Shown: piece after piece, positions 9,384 through 17,713 of the stretch | Layout: every line of letters starts with the position of its first letter | Numbering within the stretch: the stretch's first letter is position 1 | IMG/VR virus record: IMGVR_UViG_3300031993_000015 | DNA from: a virus | Lineage: Duplodnaviria > Caudoviricetes | Reading direction: 5' to 3' (one strand) | DNA length: 64,000 nt | Position numbers and translations under genes: made by a program | The notes under the pieces: generated by a model | What the model was told of the DNA's origin: nothing | The model's input: the letters and a program-made list of their open reading frames with translations, nothing else | Databases searched by the model: none

Positions 9384-9845
9384 ATGGGCGATAGAGCCGT
9401 AATCACAACGAATAAGGACCTGTCTGGTGTCGGGGTCTACCTGCACTGGGACGGGAACCGTAGCACGGTTGAGGCTTACCTGGCGTTCTGCGAGTGCAAG
9501 CGCTTCAGAAAGCCCGAAGACGATCCGTATGGCTGGGCGTACCTGACAGCTGTCATCGCAAATGCCTTTGCAGACGGCAACTCCGTAGGTGTTGACCTGT
9601 GCAGCCGACTCGACTGTAACAACTACGACAACGGCGTTTACGTCATCAAGGACTGGCGCATCGTTGATCGTGTCTACGCACCGGCGAGCGAGTACTATGA
9701 ACAGTACAGCCTGGTTGATATGGTTCGTGCTGTAGACGCAGAACAGCCGCCGCGCATGCGCCTGTCCACAGATGATTGGGCGCGGTTCCATGAAATCGAG
9801 GACGCAATTATCAAGGCGCGTCCTGCAGAGAAAAAGTCAACTTGA
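9384..9845 (+). CDS. conserved-type phage hypothetical protein (MGDRAVIT...GVYLHWDG)
   Basis: GGAGG RBS; the N-terminal GxRAVI...YLHWxG pattern is familiar from phage hypotheticals (recall). Confidence 0.8.
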   Translation: MGDRAVITTNKDLSGVGVYLHWDGNRSTVEAYLAFCECKRFRKPEDDPYGWAYLTAVIANAFADGNSVGVDLCSRLDCNNYDNGVYVIKDWRIVDRVYAPASEYYEQYSLVDMVRAVDAEQPPRMRLSTDDWARFHEIEDAIIKARPAEKKST

Positions 9846-9855
9846 AGTTCAAAAT
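9833..9855. repeat. 23-bp pseudo-palindrome copy 1
   Basis: AAAGTCAACTTGAAGTTCAAAAT; matches consensus ATTTTSAACTTSAAGTTSAAAAT over its last 19 nt. Confidence 0.75.
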
Positions 9856-9856
9856 C

Positions 9857-10519
9857 ATGAACAGTAATTTTCCAAAAGACAACGACGACCTGATCCGTCG
9901 CGCAGCCAGGAATGTCAGGCAGAATAACGAGGAGCCTGAGCCTTCCTTCAAGGATGCCAGCGATGACCAGGTAGCCCGGCAAAAAGCCGACTTCGAGAAG
10001 GACGAACCACCCGTCGAAGATGTACAGGTCGTGTGTGGATCTATCGACAAGGACGGCAAAGTACACGAAGTGCCTGCCGATGAGATTCCGGACAGCATTC
10101 GTGCGTTCATCGACGACCTGACCGACGGTGCGTTCTCCAAGCAAAATCCGCCGAAAGCCAAGCTGCCCAAGCGGAGTTCCAGGAAGAATCTCGACATGAA
10201 CCCGGACGGCATGGAGATGCATAAATGTTCTGACGAAGAACTCGAAGAGATCGAGAAGACCGTGGAACGGCTGCAGGAGCTCTGTGTGAAGTACAAGCTG
10301 CCGGGCACCGCTATGGTGCAGGTGTGCAACACGTTCTGGGGTTTCGGAGCCAGAGGGTTCCGGTACAAGAACAAGCGCATCAACGGCAGGCTGGACCTGT
10401 TCATGAAGGTCGGCGACATTCTGTTCAGCGACACTGTTCCGCGCCCGGAAGACCTGAAGGACTTTGCCGATGTCGTGGCGCGAATGCTTAAACACATGAA
10501 AGGAGGCAGTGATGCCTGA
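9857..10519 (+). CDS. hypothetical protein, paralog family B member 1 (charged N-terminal extension)
   Basis: C-terminal SDEELEEI...LQELCVKYKLPGTAMVQVCN shared with the next three ORFs. Confidence 0.75.
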   Translation: MNSNFPKDNDDLIRRAARNVRQNNEEPEPSFKDASDDQVARQKADFEKDEPPVEDVQVVCGSIDKDGKVHEVPADEIPDSIRAFIDDLTDGAFSKQNPPKAKLPKRSSRKNLDMNPDGMEMHKCSDEELEEIEKTVERLQELCVKYKLPGTAMVQVCNTFWGFGARGFRYKNKRINGRLDLFMKVGDILFSDTVPRPEDLKDFADVVARMLKHMKGGSDA

Positions 10520-10895
10520 AATCGTAAACGGCGTAGAGGTGGACGACATCCAGCTCACCGATATGCATTACACGATGCCCAAAGAGGTCATCGAGGAAAT
10601 CAACAAGAAGGTCCACGAGCTGTACGTGATGTGCGAGCGGCTGAAACTGCCGGCACTTTGTGTGGTTCAGACGATCAATCATCCGGACACGTACGCCACG
10701 GTGGATATCATGAGCCACCATGACGGTCGCGGCGCATATCCCATGAGCATCCTGATGGGCGCCTATGTGGTGCTCACCGATAGCGACTACACAATGGATG
10801 ACCGGCTGGCGCTCCTGAAAGCTATCGCCGACATCCAGAGAAAACACAACAAGAAAGGCAATACCGATGGAAACGCAAACGTGGGAACTCACTGA
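10512..10895 (+). CDS. hypothetical protein, paralog family B member 2
   Basis: AGGAGG RBS; HELYVMCERLKLPALCVVQTIN. Confidence 0.8.
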   Translation: MPEIVNGVEVDDIQLTDMHYTMPKEVIEEINKKVHELYVMCERLKLPALCVVQTINHPDTYATVDIMSHHDGRGAYPMSILMGAYVVLTDSDYTMDDRLALLKAIADIQRKHNKKGNTDGNANVGTH

Positions 10896-11205
10896 CGAAC
10901 AATACAATGAACTGCTGGCCAAGTCTGAAGAGCTGCACACCCTGTGCAAGAAGCTCCAGGTTCCGGCTGTCGTCGCTCTGCAGATCGCCAATGCGCCCGA
11001 TTCCTTTGGCATCGAGGGCTACTCCAGTTTCGATCTGCCGCGCATCTGCATCAACATGCTCGTGCTCGCATCCGTGTTCGATATTCTGACCGGCACGAAG
11101 GAGATCGACAGCGAGGAGATGGGACAGCTTATGCAGCTGATCCATCAGATCCATCACAAGTACTACGGCAAGGGTGAGAACGTGGAGGTGTCCAATGCCG
11201 AGTGA
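10867..11205 (+). CDS. hypothetical protein, paralog family B member 3
   Basis: EELHTLCKKLQVPAVVALQIAN. Confidence 0.8.
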   Translation: METQTWELTDEQYNELLAKSEELHTLCKKLQVPAVVALQIANAPDSFGIEGYSSFDLPRICINMLVLASVFDILTGTKEIDSEEMGQLMQLIHQIHHKYYGKGENVEVSNAE

Positions 11206-11596
11206 AGCCTTCAAGTGCACTGATGGACAGCGCGAGCACATTCACGAGCTGCTCAAAGAGCTGTATAATGCTGCTATTATCTATGATTTTCCATGCGCAT
11301 GCTTTGTACAACTCAGCAACGACAGTGAAGGCCATTTCACTGGCAGCGGATTCTGCAGCGGCAGCAAGGATCGCATGAGCATCCTGATGCAGCTTTTCGC
11401 ATGCTGTCATGCGTTGCTGTTCGGCTTCGACGGCGAAGGCACACATCTGACACGGGATGCTCTGCAGGAGTTCGCGTGCCAGGTCAGTGCCTGGATGGCC
11501 GTGTACTACCCCACCGAAACAGAGGAGAACAAAGATGAATCAGACGGAGATGACACATCTGTTCAGTCTGGAACAACTGGACAAGCTGAGCCGTGA
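11195..11596 (+). CDS. hypothetical protein, paralog family B member 4
   Basis: GGAGG RBS; KELYNAAIIYDFPCACFVQLSN. Confidence 0.75.
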   Translation: MPSEAFKCTDGQREHIHELLKELYNAAIIYDFPCACFVQLSNDSEGHFTGSGFCSGSKDRMSILMQLFACCHALLFGFDGEGTHLTRDALQEFACQVSAWMAVYYPTETEENKDESDGDDTSVQSGTTGQAEP

Positions 11597-11942
11597 CATC
11601 GTCGCCCAGGAACAGCTCCATAAGAACATGATGGACCTGGTCAAGCACCATAAGAAGTATCCGCCGAAACGTACGGATGCAGGGCTTGTGATCCAGGACA
11701 TCATATACGTGGACATCGTTGGAATTATCGGCGAGTTCATGAAGCTGTTCCCGGACTTCGATCCTGACAAGTACGAATCCACGGATGAGCACGGTGAGCG
11801 CATCAGAAAGCGCTGCAAGGACTGCGCTTATCTCAGAGACGAATGGATCTGCGACGACAACGGGATGTCAGTATATGACATCCCTGACGAAGCATGTTCC
11901 GCGAACGAAACCAGAACAATGACGGAGACCAAGAACGAATGA
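11535..11942 (+). CDS. hypothetical protein with C-terminal Cys motif
   Basis: GAGGAG RBS; RCKDCAY...WIC...ACS. Confidence 0.75.
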   Translation: MNQTEMTHLFSLEQLDKLSRDIVAQEQLHKNMMDLVKHHKKYPPKRTDAGLVIQDIIYVDIVGIIGEFMKLFPDFDPDKYESTDEHGERIRKRCKDCAYLRDEWICDDNGMSVYDIPDEACSANETRTMTETKNE

Positions 11943-12577
11943 AGCGTGCCAAGTATAAGAAGGGCGACAAGCTCTTCATTAAAGACAGGCAGTGGGGCCG
12001 TGTGTTCCCTGTGATCGTAATGGACGTCAGTGAAGTCCTTGAGCAAGACAACGAGGTCACGCTCTACAGTCTCAAGTTGCAGGACACACCGGGTGTTCGT
12101 GATGAGCTGGCCTTTCATGGAGCTGCCAAGCCCTGTCTGTTCTACCTGGATCCGACCAGGCTGTACAAGGAGCACGAGCTGTTCGAGGACAAGCAGATGG
12201 CCTACAAGTATCTGATCGGTGACTACGAGGCCGAGAAGATGGACCTGGAGGCACGTCTGAAAGTACTGCCTCAGATCATTCAGAACGCTAAGCAGCGCAT
12301 GAACGAAGCTGCCGAGCAAGCGGGATCCCAGTACAAGCTGGGATCCAAGGTCTGGGTCATCGCGGACAACAATGTCTACGAGGCAACCATCGACGAGTTC
12401 GACAGAGGAGACTTCCAGAACAGGCCGTATCACTTCAAGGAGTCCTACTCCTGGCACAGCGGCTGGATCAGGCTGTGTGACATCTTCGACACCAAACAGG
12501 CTGCAGTGGATGAGCTTCGCGCCAGGTTCCGCAAGGAGTGCGAAGAGCGCTGCGCCAAGGTAGGTGCAGAATGCTGA
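11939..12577 (+). CDS. SH3/KOW-like barrel family protein, two tandem domains
   Basis: KYKKGDKLFI...LFEDKQMA and YKLGSKVWVI...IFDTKQAA. Confidence 0.75.
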   Translation: MKRAKYKKGDKLFIKDRQWGRVFPVIVMDVSEVLEQDNEVTLYSLKLQDTPGVRDELAFHGAAKPCLFYLDPTRLYKEHELFEDKQMAYKYLIGDYEAEKMDLEARLKVLPQIIQNAKQRMNEAAEQAGSQYKLGSKVWVIADNNVYEATIDEFDRGDFQNRPYHFKESYSWHSGWIRLCDIFDTKQAAVDELRARFRKECEERCAKVGAEC

Positions 12578-12915
12578 CAAGACCTAAACCAGGTACGATT
12601 GTCTGGTGCGCTGAAAGTGGTGTTATCAAACAGCTTGAAGTGGTTCCTGAGAGCTTCGCAAAGAGTCGTAGCCGGATGCAGCACGATGAGGTATGTGTTC
12701 GTTATCCGAATGATAACATTGTGTTGCCTTGGTATTGCTGGCTGGGTTACTTGTTTGAGAAAAAAGAAGATGCTGTGAAACTCGCTATCGAACAACTAAC
12801 GCAAAGAATGGATAACAATAACTGGTTGATCCAGGATACGCGCAGTGAAAATAGGGAGTTGAAACGACAGATTCAGCAATACGAGGAGACTATCAATGGA
12901 CTGGCGAAAACTTAA
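12571..12915 (+). CDS. SH3/KOW-like barrel family protein
   Basis: PKPGTIVWCA...LFEKKEDA plus coiled coil. Confidence 0.72.
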   Translation: MLTRPKPGTIVWCAESGVIKQLEVVPESFAKSRSRMQHDEVCVRYPNDNIVLPWYCWLGYLFEKKEDAVKLAIEQLTQRMDNNNWLIQDTRSENRELKRQIQQYEETINGLAKT

Positions 12916-13252
12916 AGTCGGTCAAACTATCTGGTATGTCAACACGACCGGTCCTGACAGACTTTCAGGCACATGGCTGGAGCTCTGGAAGGGAACTGTC
13001 ATCACCATTGATCCTGATGCTACCTATCCGGTCTGTTGTAAATGGGACCGTGTTGGAGGTCATGCCAACTGGGTCAGACCGGAATTTGGCTGGCATACAG
13101 GGCTTGCGCTTCCTGGTATAATCAGAGAAGAGACAATATGGAACCCGAACGTATTCCCAACGGCCGAGGAAGCCATCGAGCATTATCTACAGGGACCACG
13201 GAAGGAGCTGATGGCTCAGGCCAAACGACTGGAGAACAACAACAATGGATAA
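12896..13252 (+). CDS. SH3/KOW-like barrel family protein
   Basis: LKVGQTIWYV...WKGTVITID...VFPTAEEA. Confidence 0.75.
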   Translation: MDWRKLKVGQTIWYVNTTGPDRLSGTWLELWKGTVITIDPDATYPVCCKWDRVGGHANWVRPEFGWHTGLALPGIIREETIWNPNVFPTAEEAIEHYLQGPRKELMAQAKRLENNNNG

Positions 13253-13418
13253 ACCTCAATTCTTGTCCTGCCCGAAATGCGGGGGCATGATCATTGACTA
13301 CAAGAAGGTACAGCCCATCACGGACCAGCAGATTGTCATCACGCAACACTGCGAGTGCTGTGGTCACGAATGGGACGACACCTTCTGGGTCGAAAGAAGC
13401 ACAAACCTGGAGGACTGA
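13245..13418 (+). CDS. zinc-ribbon protein (57 aa)
   Basis: Translated by hand: CPKCGG...HCECCGHEWDDTF; GGAG RBS. Confidence 0.75.
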   Translation: MDKPQFLSCPKCGGMIIDYKKVQPITDQQIVITQHCECCGHEWDDTFWVERSTNLED

Positions 13419-13420
13419 CA

Positions 13421-13783
13421 ATGGCTGAAATGCTAATTAACGTGGAAGGCTATCTCTCGGATATTAAGCCGGGAGACACGCTGTATTTCGCGACATCTGA
13501 CGACGAAGTCATCGAAGTCACTGTTGTCAATCTGGAGCTTACACTGGAGGAAGTAGGATACAGACCGTACTGGATTACTTGCAAGTGGTATGAGGGCGCG
13601 GAGAACGACAAGGAGATGAAAAACACGCTCTCGGTAGACTGGCTGTTCAAGACCAAAGAAGAGGCTCTCAAATACCTGATGCAGAGCTACAGGGATCACA
13701 TTAGCAGACTGAATGACCGGAAGGCCAAAGCACAGGTCAAGCTGATGGATCTTGAGGAACAGCTTACTCAACTGCATGTGTAA
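13421..13783 (+). CDS. SH3/KOW-like barrel family protein
   Basis: GGAGG RBS; IKPGDTLYFA...LFKTKEEA plus coiled coil. Confidence 0.78.
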   Translation: MAEMLINVEGYLSDIKPGDTLYFATSDDEVIEVTVVNLELTLEEVGYRPYWITCKWYEGAENDKEMKNTLSVDWLFKTKEEALKYLMQSYRDHISRLNDRKAKAQVKLMDLEEQLTQLHV

Positions 13784-13795
13784 GGAGACTGACAA

Positions 13796-14014
13796 ATGAG
13801 TTACAACATCAGATGTCCGAAATGCAACGCCCTGTGCATCGCCATCGAGGACCACCAGTTCTTCCCGCGTGCCGGCGGTGTCGTGCTGTGGCGCAGCTGT
13901 AACGAGTGCGGCTACAAATGGCGTGAGGGCTACACGTTGCAGATCATGCAGAAAGCTCTGCCGTGGACAAAGCCGCCGCACCTGGATGACGACGGAGAGG
14001 AGTTGGACGAATGA
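13796..14014 (+). CDS. zinc-ribbon protein
   Basis: AAGGAG RBS; CPKC...WRSCNECGYKWREGY...PWTKPP. Confidence 0.8.
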   Translation: MSYNIRCPKCNALCIAIEDHQFFPRAGGVVLWRSCNECGYKWREGYTLQIMQKALPWTKPPHLDDDGEELDE

Positions 14015-14241
14015 CCAAGCTCTATCCGTCACGGTTCAGAAGCAATCCGGCAATACGAGAGGCTTTCCTGGATGCTGTCGAGGACGAGGATGACTACGAA
14101 GTGGCTCAGATGATGGCAGAGTTCGCTGACAGCTTCGTAGCAGACAATCATCCGTCTATTCGGGAAGAGCATGCAATCTACGATCAGAACAGGGAACGGG
14201 ACCGGCGCGGGCGCCGGTCTTATCACAGGAAAGGAGCCTGA
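14011..14241 (+). CDS. small hypothetical protein
   Basis: GAGGAG RBS; ATGA overlap. Confidence 0.7.
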   Translation: MTKLYPSRFRSNPAIREAFLDAVEDEDDYEVAQMMAEFADSFVADNHPSIREEHAIYDQNRERDRRGRRSYHRKGA

Positions 14242-14244
14242 CAG

Positions 14245-14463
14245 ATGGCTGACGTCATCAAGAACAAGATCAACAGGTCCTACGCAAGGTCCTTCAAGAC
14301 GAATATAGAGAAAAGAAATCCTCTGATCGGCTTGAGGGTACACAGAGCAGCACAGAAGCTCGCCAGCATGTCACACCGGGATACATGCAGAGATGGTAAA
14401 CCGAAACATGTGGCCGGTACTGGCGGCTTCGGCGTCACCAGGCACAGCAAGAAAGGAGCCTGA
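14245..14463 (+). CDS. small basic hypothetical protein
   Basis: AAGGAG RBS; K/R-rich. Confidence 0.65.
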   Translation: MADVIKNKINRSYARSFKTNIEKRNPLIGLRVHRAAQKLASMSHRDTCRDGKPKHVAGTGGFGVTRHSKKGA

Positions 14464-14464
14464 C

Positions 14465-14695
14465 ATGCAGTCACAGAAAGGAGCAACGAAACCTGGACTG
14501 AACAGAAAATGCCCGAAGTGCGGCCGTTCCCGGATCGAACTTGTTGATCACAATTTCACAGGCGATTGGAACGGTGTCATTTTCTGGCGTGTATGCGAAT
14601 GGTGCGGTCATAAATGGAAGGAACATTATGACTTTCACCTGAAAACATCAGACATGCCATGGAAGAAACCGCCGAATACTAAGGAGTGGATCTGA
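14465..14695 (+). CDS. zinc-ribbon protein
   Basis: AAGGAG RBS; CPKCG...WRVCEWCGHKWKEHY...PWKKPP (close paralog of 13796). Confidence 0.8.
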   Translation: MQSQKGATKPGLNRKCPKCGRSRIELVDHNFTGDWNGVIFWRVCEWCGHKWKEHYDFHLKTSDMPWKKPPNTKEWI

Positions 14696-14696
14696 C

Positions 14697-14876
14697 ATGC
14701 AGTTACAACATACATGTCCTGAGTGCGGGGAACACGATAATATCAATGTACACATCACGGTGTTCTTGTGGAGTAACGGTGAACCACAGCGCCTGATATT
14801 CACATTCACGTGTTTCGCCTGCAGGCATCAGTGGACAACAGAAACAGACGACTTCGACACAGACGAGGATCCCTGA
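14697..14876 (+). CDS. zinc-ribbon protein (59 aa)
   Basis: Translated by hand: CPECG...FTCFACRHQW; AAGGAG RBS. Confidence 0.75.
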   Translation: MQLQHTCPECGEHDNINVHITVFLWSNGEPQRLIFTFTCFACRHQWTTETDDFDTDEDP

Positions 14877-14878
14877 CA

Positions 14879-15088
14879 ATGGCAACAGACGGATGTCCTA
14901 AATGTCATGGATTGTGGGTATGGGCGCGAGCTGTCTGGCACATGATACCCAGGTTCTCCAGGATACCGGCAGGTACCGTGTACATCGACTACGAGTGTGC
15001 CAGTTGCGGTCACATGTGGCAGGAATCCTATGAGCTGCAGGATCCGGTGGCAACCACTGGTAAACAGCAGGAGTTCTGTCATGAGTGA
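14879..15088 (+). CDS. zinc-ribbon protein
   Basis: CPKCHG...YECASCGHMWQESY. Confidence 0.75.
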   Translation: MATDGCPKCHGLWVWARAVWHMIPRFSRIPAGTVYIDYECASCGHMWQESYELQDPVATTGKQQEFCHE

Positions 15089-15206
15089 CCGCTGTAATAA
15101 GTGCCGTTTCTACAGCAAGCTGAAGTTCTGCAACAAGCACAAGCGCGAGGCGCACTCACGGGATCATGTATGCCGTGAGTTCAAACCAAAGAAACCTGAC
15201 AAATGA
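15081..15206 (+). CDS. very small Cys-rich protein (41 aa)
   Basis: AGGAG RBS; RCNKCRFY...FC...VCREF. Confidence 0.65.
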   Translation: MSDRCNKCRFYSKLKFCNKHKREAHSRDHVCREFKPKKPDK

Positions 15207-15442
15207 GCAAGCAACAAACCAAATACTGGATCGCCACGCACTCTATCGAGCGCTGTCTCCTGTACCCTACCAGGATTGAGCCGATACTGAAGCGCTGCAC
15301 AGTTGTCAAGAAGAATCGTCACAATCTGGTGGAGGTTTTGAACGACAACGACTGTACCAGTTTCGTCCCGCCGGACAAACTGTTCAACACACCGGAGGAG
15401 GCCTGGGCAGACTACAAGAAGTCAGTGGAGCCTGACAAATGA
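15203..15442 (+). CDS. SH3/KOW-like barrel family protein (short)
   Basis: YWIA...RCTVV...LFNTPEEAW. Confidence 0.7.
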   Translation: MSKQQTKYWIATHSIERCLLYPTRIEPILKRCTVVKKNRHNLVEVLNDNDCTSFVPPDKLFNTPEEAWADYKKSVEPDK

Positions 15443-15639
15443 TTAAACCACAAGTCTGCTCCCGTTGCGGAAGCGAGAACATCTGGCGGGTCTTCAGCCA
15501 TAAGGAAGGAGACGACGAATACGCCATGATGGTGACTTGCAAGAGCTGCGGCTACGACTGGCTGGAGCATTACGAAACCAGGCTGGTCCGTATCGAGCTG
15601 GTGCATTTCAACAGAAAGGAACCCGACAATGGGACTTGA
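15439..15639 (+). CDS. zinc-ribbon protein
   Basis: CSRCGSENI...TCKSCGYDWLEHY. Confidence 0.78.
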   Translation: MIKPQVCSRCGSENIWRVFSHKEGDDEYAMMVTCKSCGYDWLEHYETRLVRIELVHFNRKEPDNGT

Positions 15640-16195
15640 TATCGGGGTGTTTCCCTTTGTGGAGATACCGGAAAACATTCATACAGAGGACGAACTCAAT
15701 GACTGGTGTGAGAAGACAGAAAACGAATGGTGCGAACCGCGTGCATCTGAAGCTGTCCCTGAGAAATGGCTCAGAAAGATCAGGTTCAAAGTTCTGGACA
15801 AGTACGAGATGTTCAGGCGTCGCGGCTTGGATCACACGAAGTACGAACTGTACGAGTTCACTAAGCAGTACGTAATCTATGAGCCGGTGGATTCCGATTC
15901 AGACGATGACTATGTGCAGTTCCAGCCGAATGAGTTCGTTTATGCCTATGAGCTGATACCGGTCTACGCCTACGGCGAAGAGATCGGTTATCAGCGGAAA
16001 GGTGCGAATGCCGCTTTCTACGATGATGGCTTATGGGGGACCAACGTGTTCACCAAGGAGATGCTTCTGGAGCACTGGGACAAGTATTTCTCGGATCCCA
16101 ATAACGAGAGATACAAGAAACATACCAGATCCGTGTTCGGTAATAACATCATCAAGCACTTCAAGGAAGGCGAGACGTTCGTGTCCTATTACTGA
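15629..16195 (+). CDS. hypothetical phage protein (MGLD N-terminus)
   Basis: AAGGA RBS; MGLD start and YxRK motif resemble a common phage hypothetical family (recall). Confidence 0.8.
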   Translation: MGLDIGVFPFVEIPENIHTEDELNDWCEKTENEWCEPRASEAVPEKWLRKIRFKVLDKYEMFRRRGLDHTKYELYEFTKQYVIYEPVDSDSDDDYVQFQPNEFVYAYELIPVYAYGEEIGYQRKGANAAFYDDGLWGTNVFTKEMLLEHWDKYFSDPNNERYKKHTRSVFGNNIIKHFKEGETFVSYY

Positions 16196-16221
16196 CACAC
16201 ACAGCCAAAGGAGTCTGACAG

Positions 16222-16452
16222 ATGACCAAGCAACAGGCCGATGAGTTCTTCGATGCACTGCATAGACTGGAGAAAGCGGCCAACGAAATCTTCGGTGACG
16301 GATGGGGCGGCCGTATAGTTCAGTATGTGCAGTGGACACAGATTCTTGAAAACGAGGACAAGTGGCGCGAGCTCACGTCACTGTATGATGGAGCTGAGCC
16401 GGCTGACGCACAGCCATCAGAGGACCCATCCAACCAAAACAACCAACCATAG
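16222..16452 (+). CDS. small hypothetical protein
   Basis: AAGGAG RBS. Confidence 0.7.
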   Translation: MTKQQADEFFDALHRLEKAANEIFGDGWGGRIVQYVQWTQILENEDKWRELTSLYDGAEPADAQPSEDPSNQNNQP

Positions 16453-16461
16453 GAGTAACAC

Positions 16462-16710
16462 ATGAGCATCACGCTGTATGGTCTCGTATTCGAGCAAACA
16501 CACGACGCCTGCCCTGAGAGCTACGTGGTCTACGACAACGGCAAGCAAGTAGCCACTGTCGAGTTCCACTGGGGCAAACTGACCTGCCACAAAAATGGCA
16601 AGTCCGTCTACGAGCGCACTGCGGAGTACGACTGGATGTCCAGATTCCGCAATGAAAAGGAGCGCACGGAATGGCTCGAAGACGCAGCCCGCCACATCAA
16701 GGCGGCATGA
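16462..16710 (+). CDS. small hypothetical phage protein (ACPESY motif)
   Basis: AGGAG RBS; TxxACPESYxV...G.QVA. Confidence 0.75.
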   Translation: MSITLYGLVFEQTHDACPESYVVYDNGKQVATVEFHWGKLTCHKNGKSVYERTAEYDWMSRFRNEKERTEWLEDAARHIKAA

Positions 16711-16769
16711 CCACTGCAGCGCGGGTCACGCTACAGACCAGACCAGACCCTGACGACACAATGATCTCA

Positions 16770-16807
16770 AAGACCGGGCAGCCCAATAAGCCCCCGGTCT
16801 TCTTTTT
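16770..16807 (+). terminator. intrinsic terminator ending the small-gene block
   Basis: AAGACCGGG...CCCGGTCTT stem followed by CTTTTT. Confidence 0.75.
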
Positions 16808-16810
16808 ACA

Positions 16811-17012
16811 GTTGACTCGGCTATTGTAACGCAGGACTGTCCGAGGGTCTTTTTCCCGTACGGGGTGGTCTCCATGTTGTTCCCCGTGCGGCCGTTTTTC
16901 ACCCGTGGGGCGGACGGTCCAGTCCACAATAAACGCCTGGCCCTGCAACAGCTAAGCACGGCGTTTTGGCGGAGCCGGTCTTTTACTCCTTTCTGGCCGG
17001 CTCCGTCTTTTT
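16811..17012 (+). ncRNA. candidate structured non-coding RNA ending in a terminator
   Basis: ORF-free; nested stems 16822-27/16926-31, 16834-43/16911-20 and 16856-65/16882-91; hairpin 16931-37/16960-66; 13-bp stem from 16968 followed by a T run; wobble pairs are G-U on the + strand. Confidence 0.5.
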
Positions 17013-17030
17013 GAACTTCAAGTTGAAAAT
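17008..17030. repeat. 23-bp pseudo-palindrome copy 2
   Basis: TTTTTGAACTTCAAGTTGAAAAT. Confidence 0.8.
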
Positions 17031-17063
17031 TGGACGAGCCCTCTTTATCAAGGAGTCACGACT

Positions 17064-17231
17064 ATGGCGTCTGCAAAGTACAGGGAGATACCGGTCTATA
17101 CAAAGACGGAAGTCGATGAGTGGCGCAGGAACTTCCTGATCGTAGCACTCGTCACGGTTATCCTTGCGTTCTGCCTGGGCTACATCATAGGACACTTCAG
17201 CATGGACGACATACTCAGAACACTTGATTAA
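17064..17231 (+). CDS. small single-TM membrane protein (55 aa)
   Basis: Translated by hand; AAGGAG RBS; FLIVALVTVILAFCLGYIIG helix. Confidence 0.7.
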   Translation: MASAKYREIPVYTKTEVDEWRRNFLIVALVTVILAFCLGYIIGHFSMDDILRTLD

Positions 17232-17250
17232 CACATAGGAGGACACAACC

Positions 17251-17595
17251 ATGTCTCAATACCAGATCATACAGCTCAAGGACCCGGCCAGTCCGTCAAC
17301 ACTGCAGTTTCCGGTCACACCTGCGGAATCACTGGTGCAGTCAATCAACGCAAGAACAACTCCCCTGATCATCATGCTGTCCCAGTGGAACGACACGCTG
17401 ACGACGCCGACAGAGGCGAACCAGTACGCATACAAGCCCACAGCCAAGCTGGTCTGTGTCAGTTCTGCATCCGGCAGTTCTTTCGTGTGGTCAGCAGGTA
17501 CAGCGCCTGTTGCAGGTAAGCTGTATATGCACGAGGGCACTCTTTATGTAAAGAGTGCCGCTTCAGGCAGTTTGAGCATTTTGCAGATGCCCTGA
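17251..17595 (+). CDS. putative small structural/fibre-associated protein
   Basis: AGGAGG RBS; S/T/A-rich; N-terminus (LQFPVTPAESLV) resembles that of the 1730-aa fibre (IVYPQISLDNIV). Confidence 0.7.
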   Translation: MSQYQIIQLKDPASPSTLQFPVTPAESLVQSINARTTPLIIMLSQWNDTLTTPTEANQYAYKPTAKLVCVSSASGSSFVWSAGTAPVAGKLYMHEGTLYVKSAASGSLSILQMP

Positions 17596-17713
17596 GCCAG
17601 TAACACAGTGAGTAACGAGAGCCTGTTCCCGTGTGGGTGCAGGCTCTTTTCCTGTATAGTAAGCCAGTGCACAATGACGTGCACGTAACCAAAACACAAA
17701 GGAGTAACACGTT

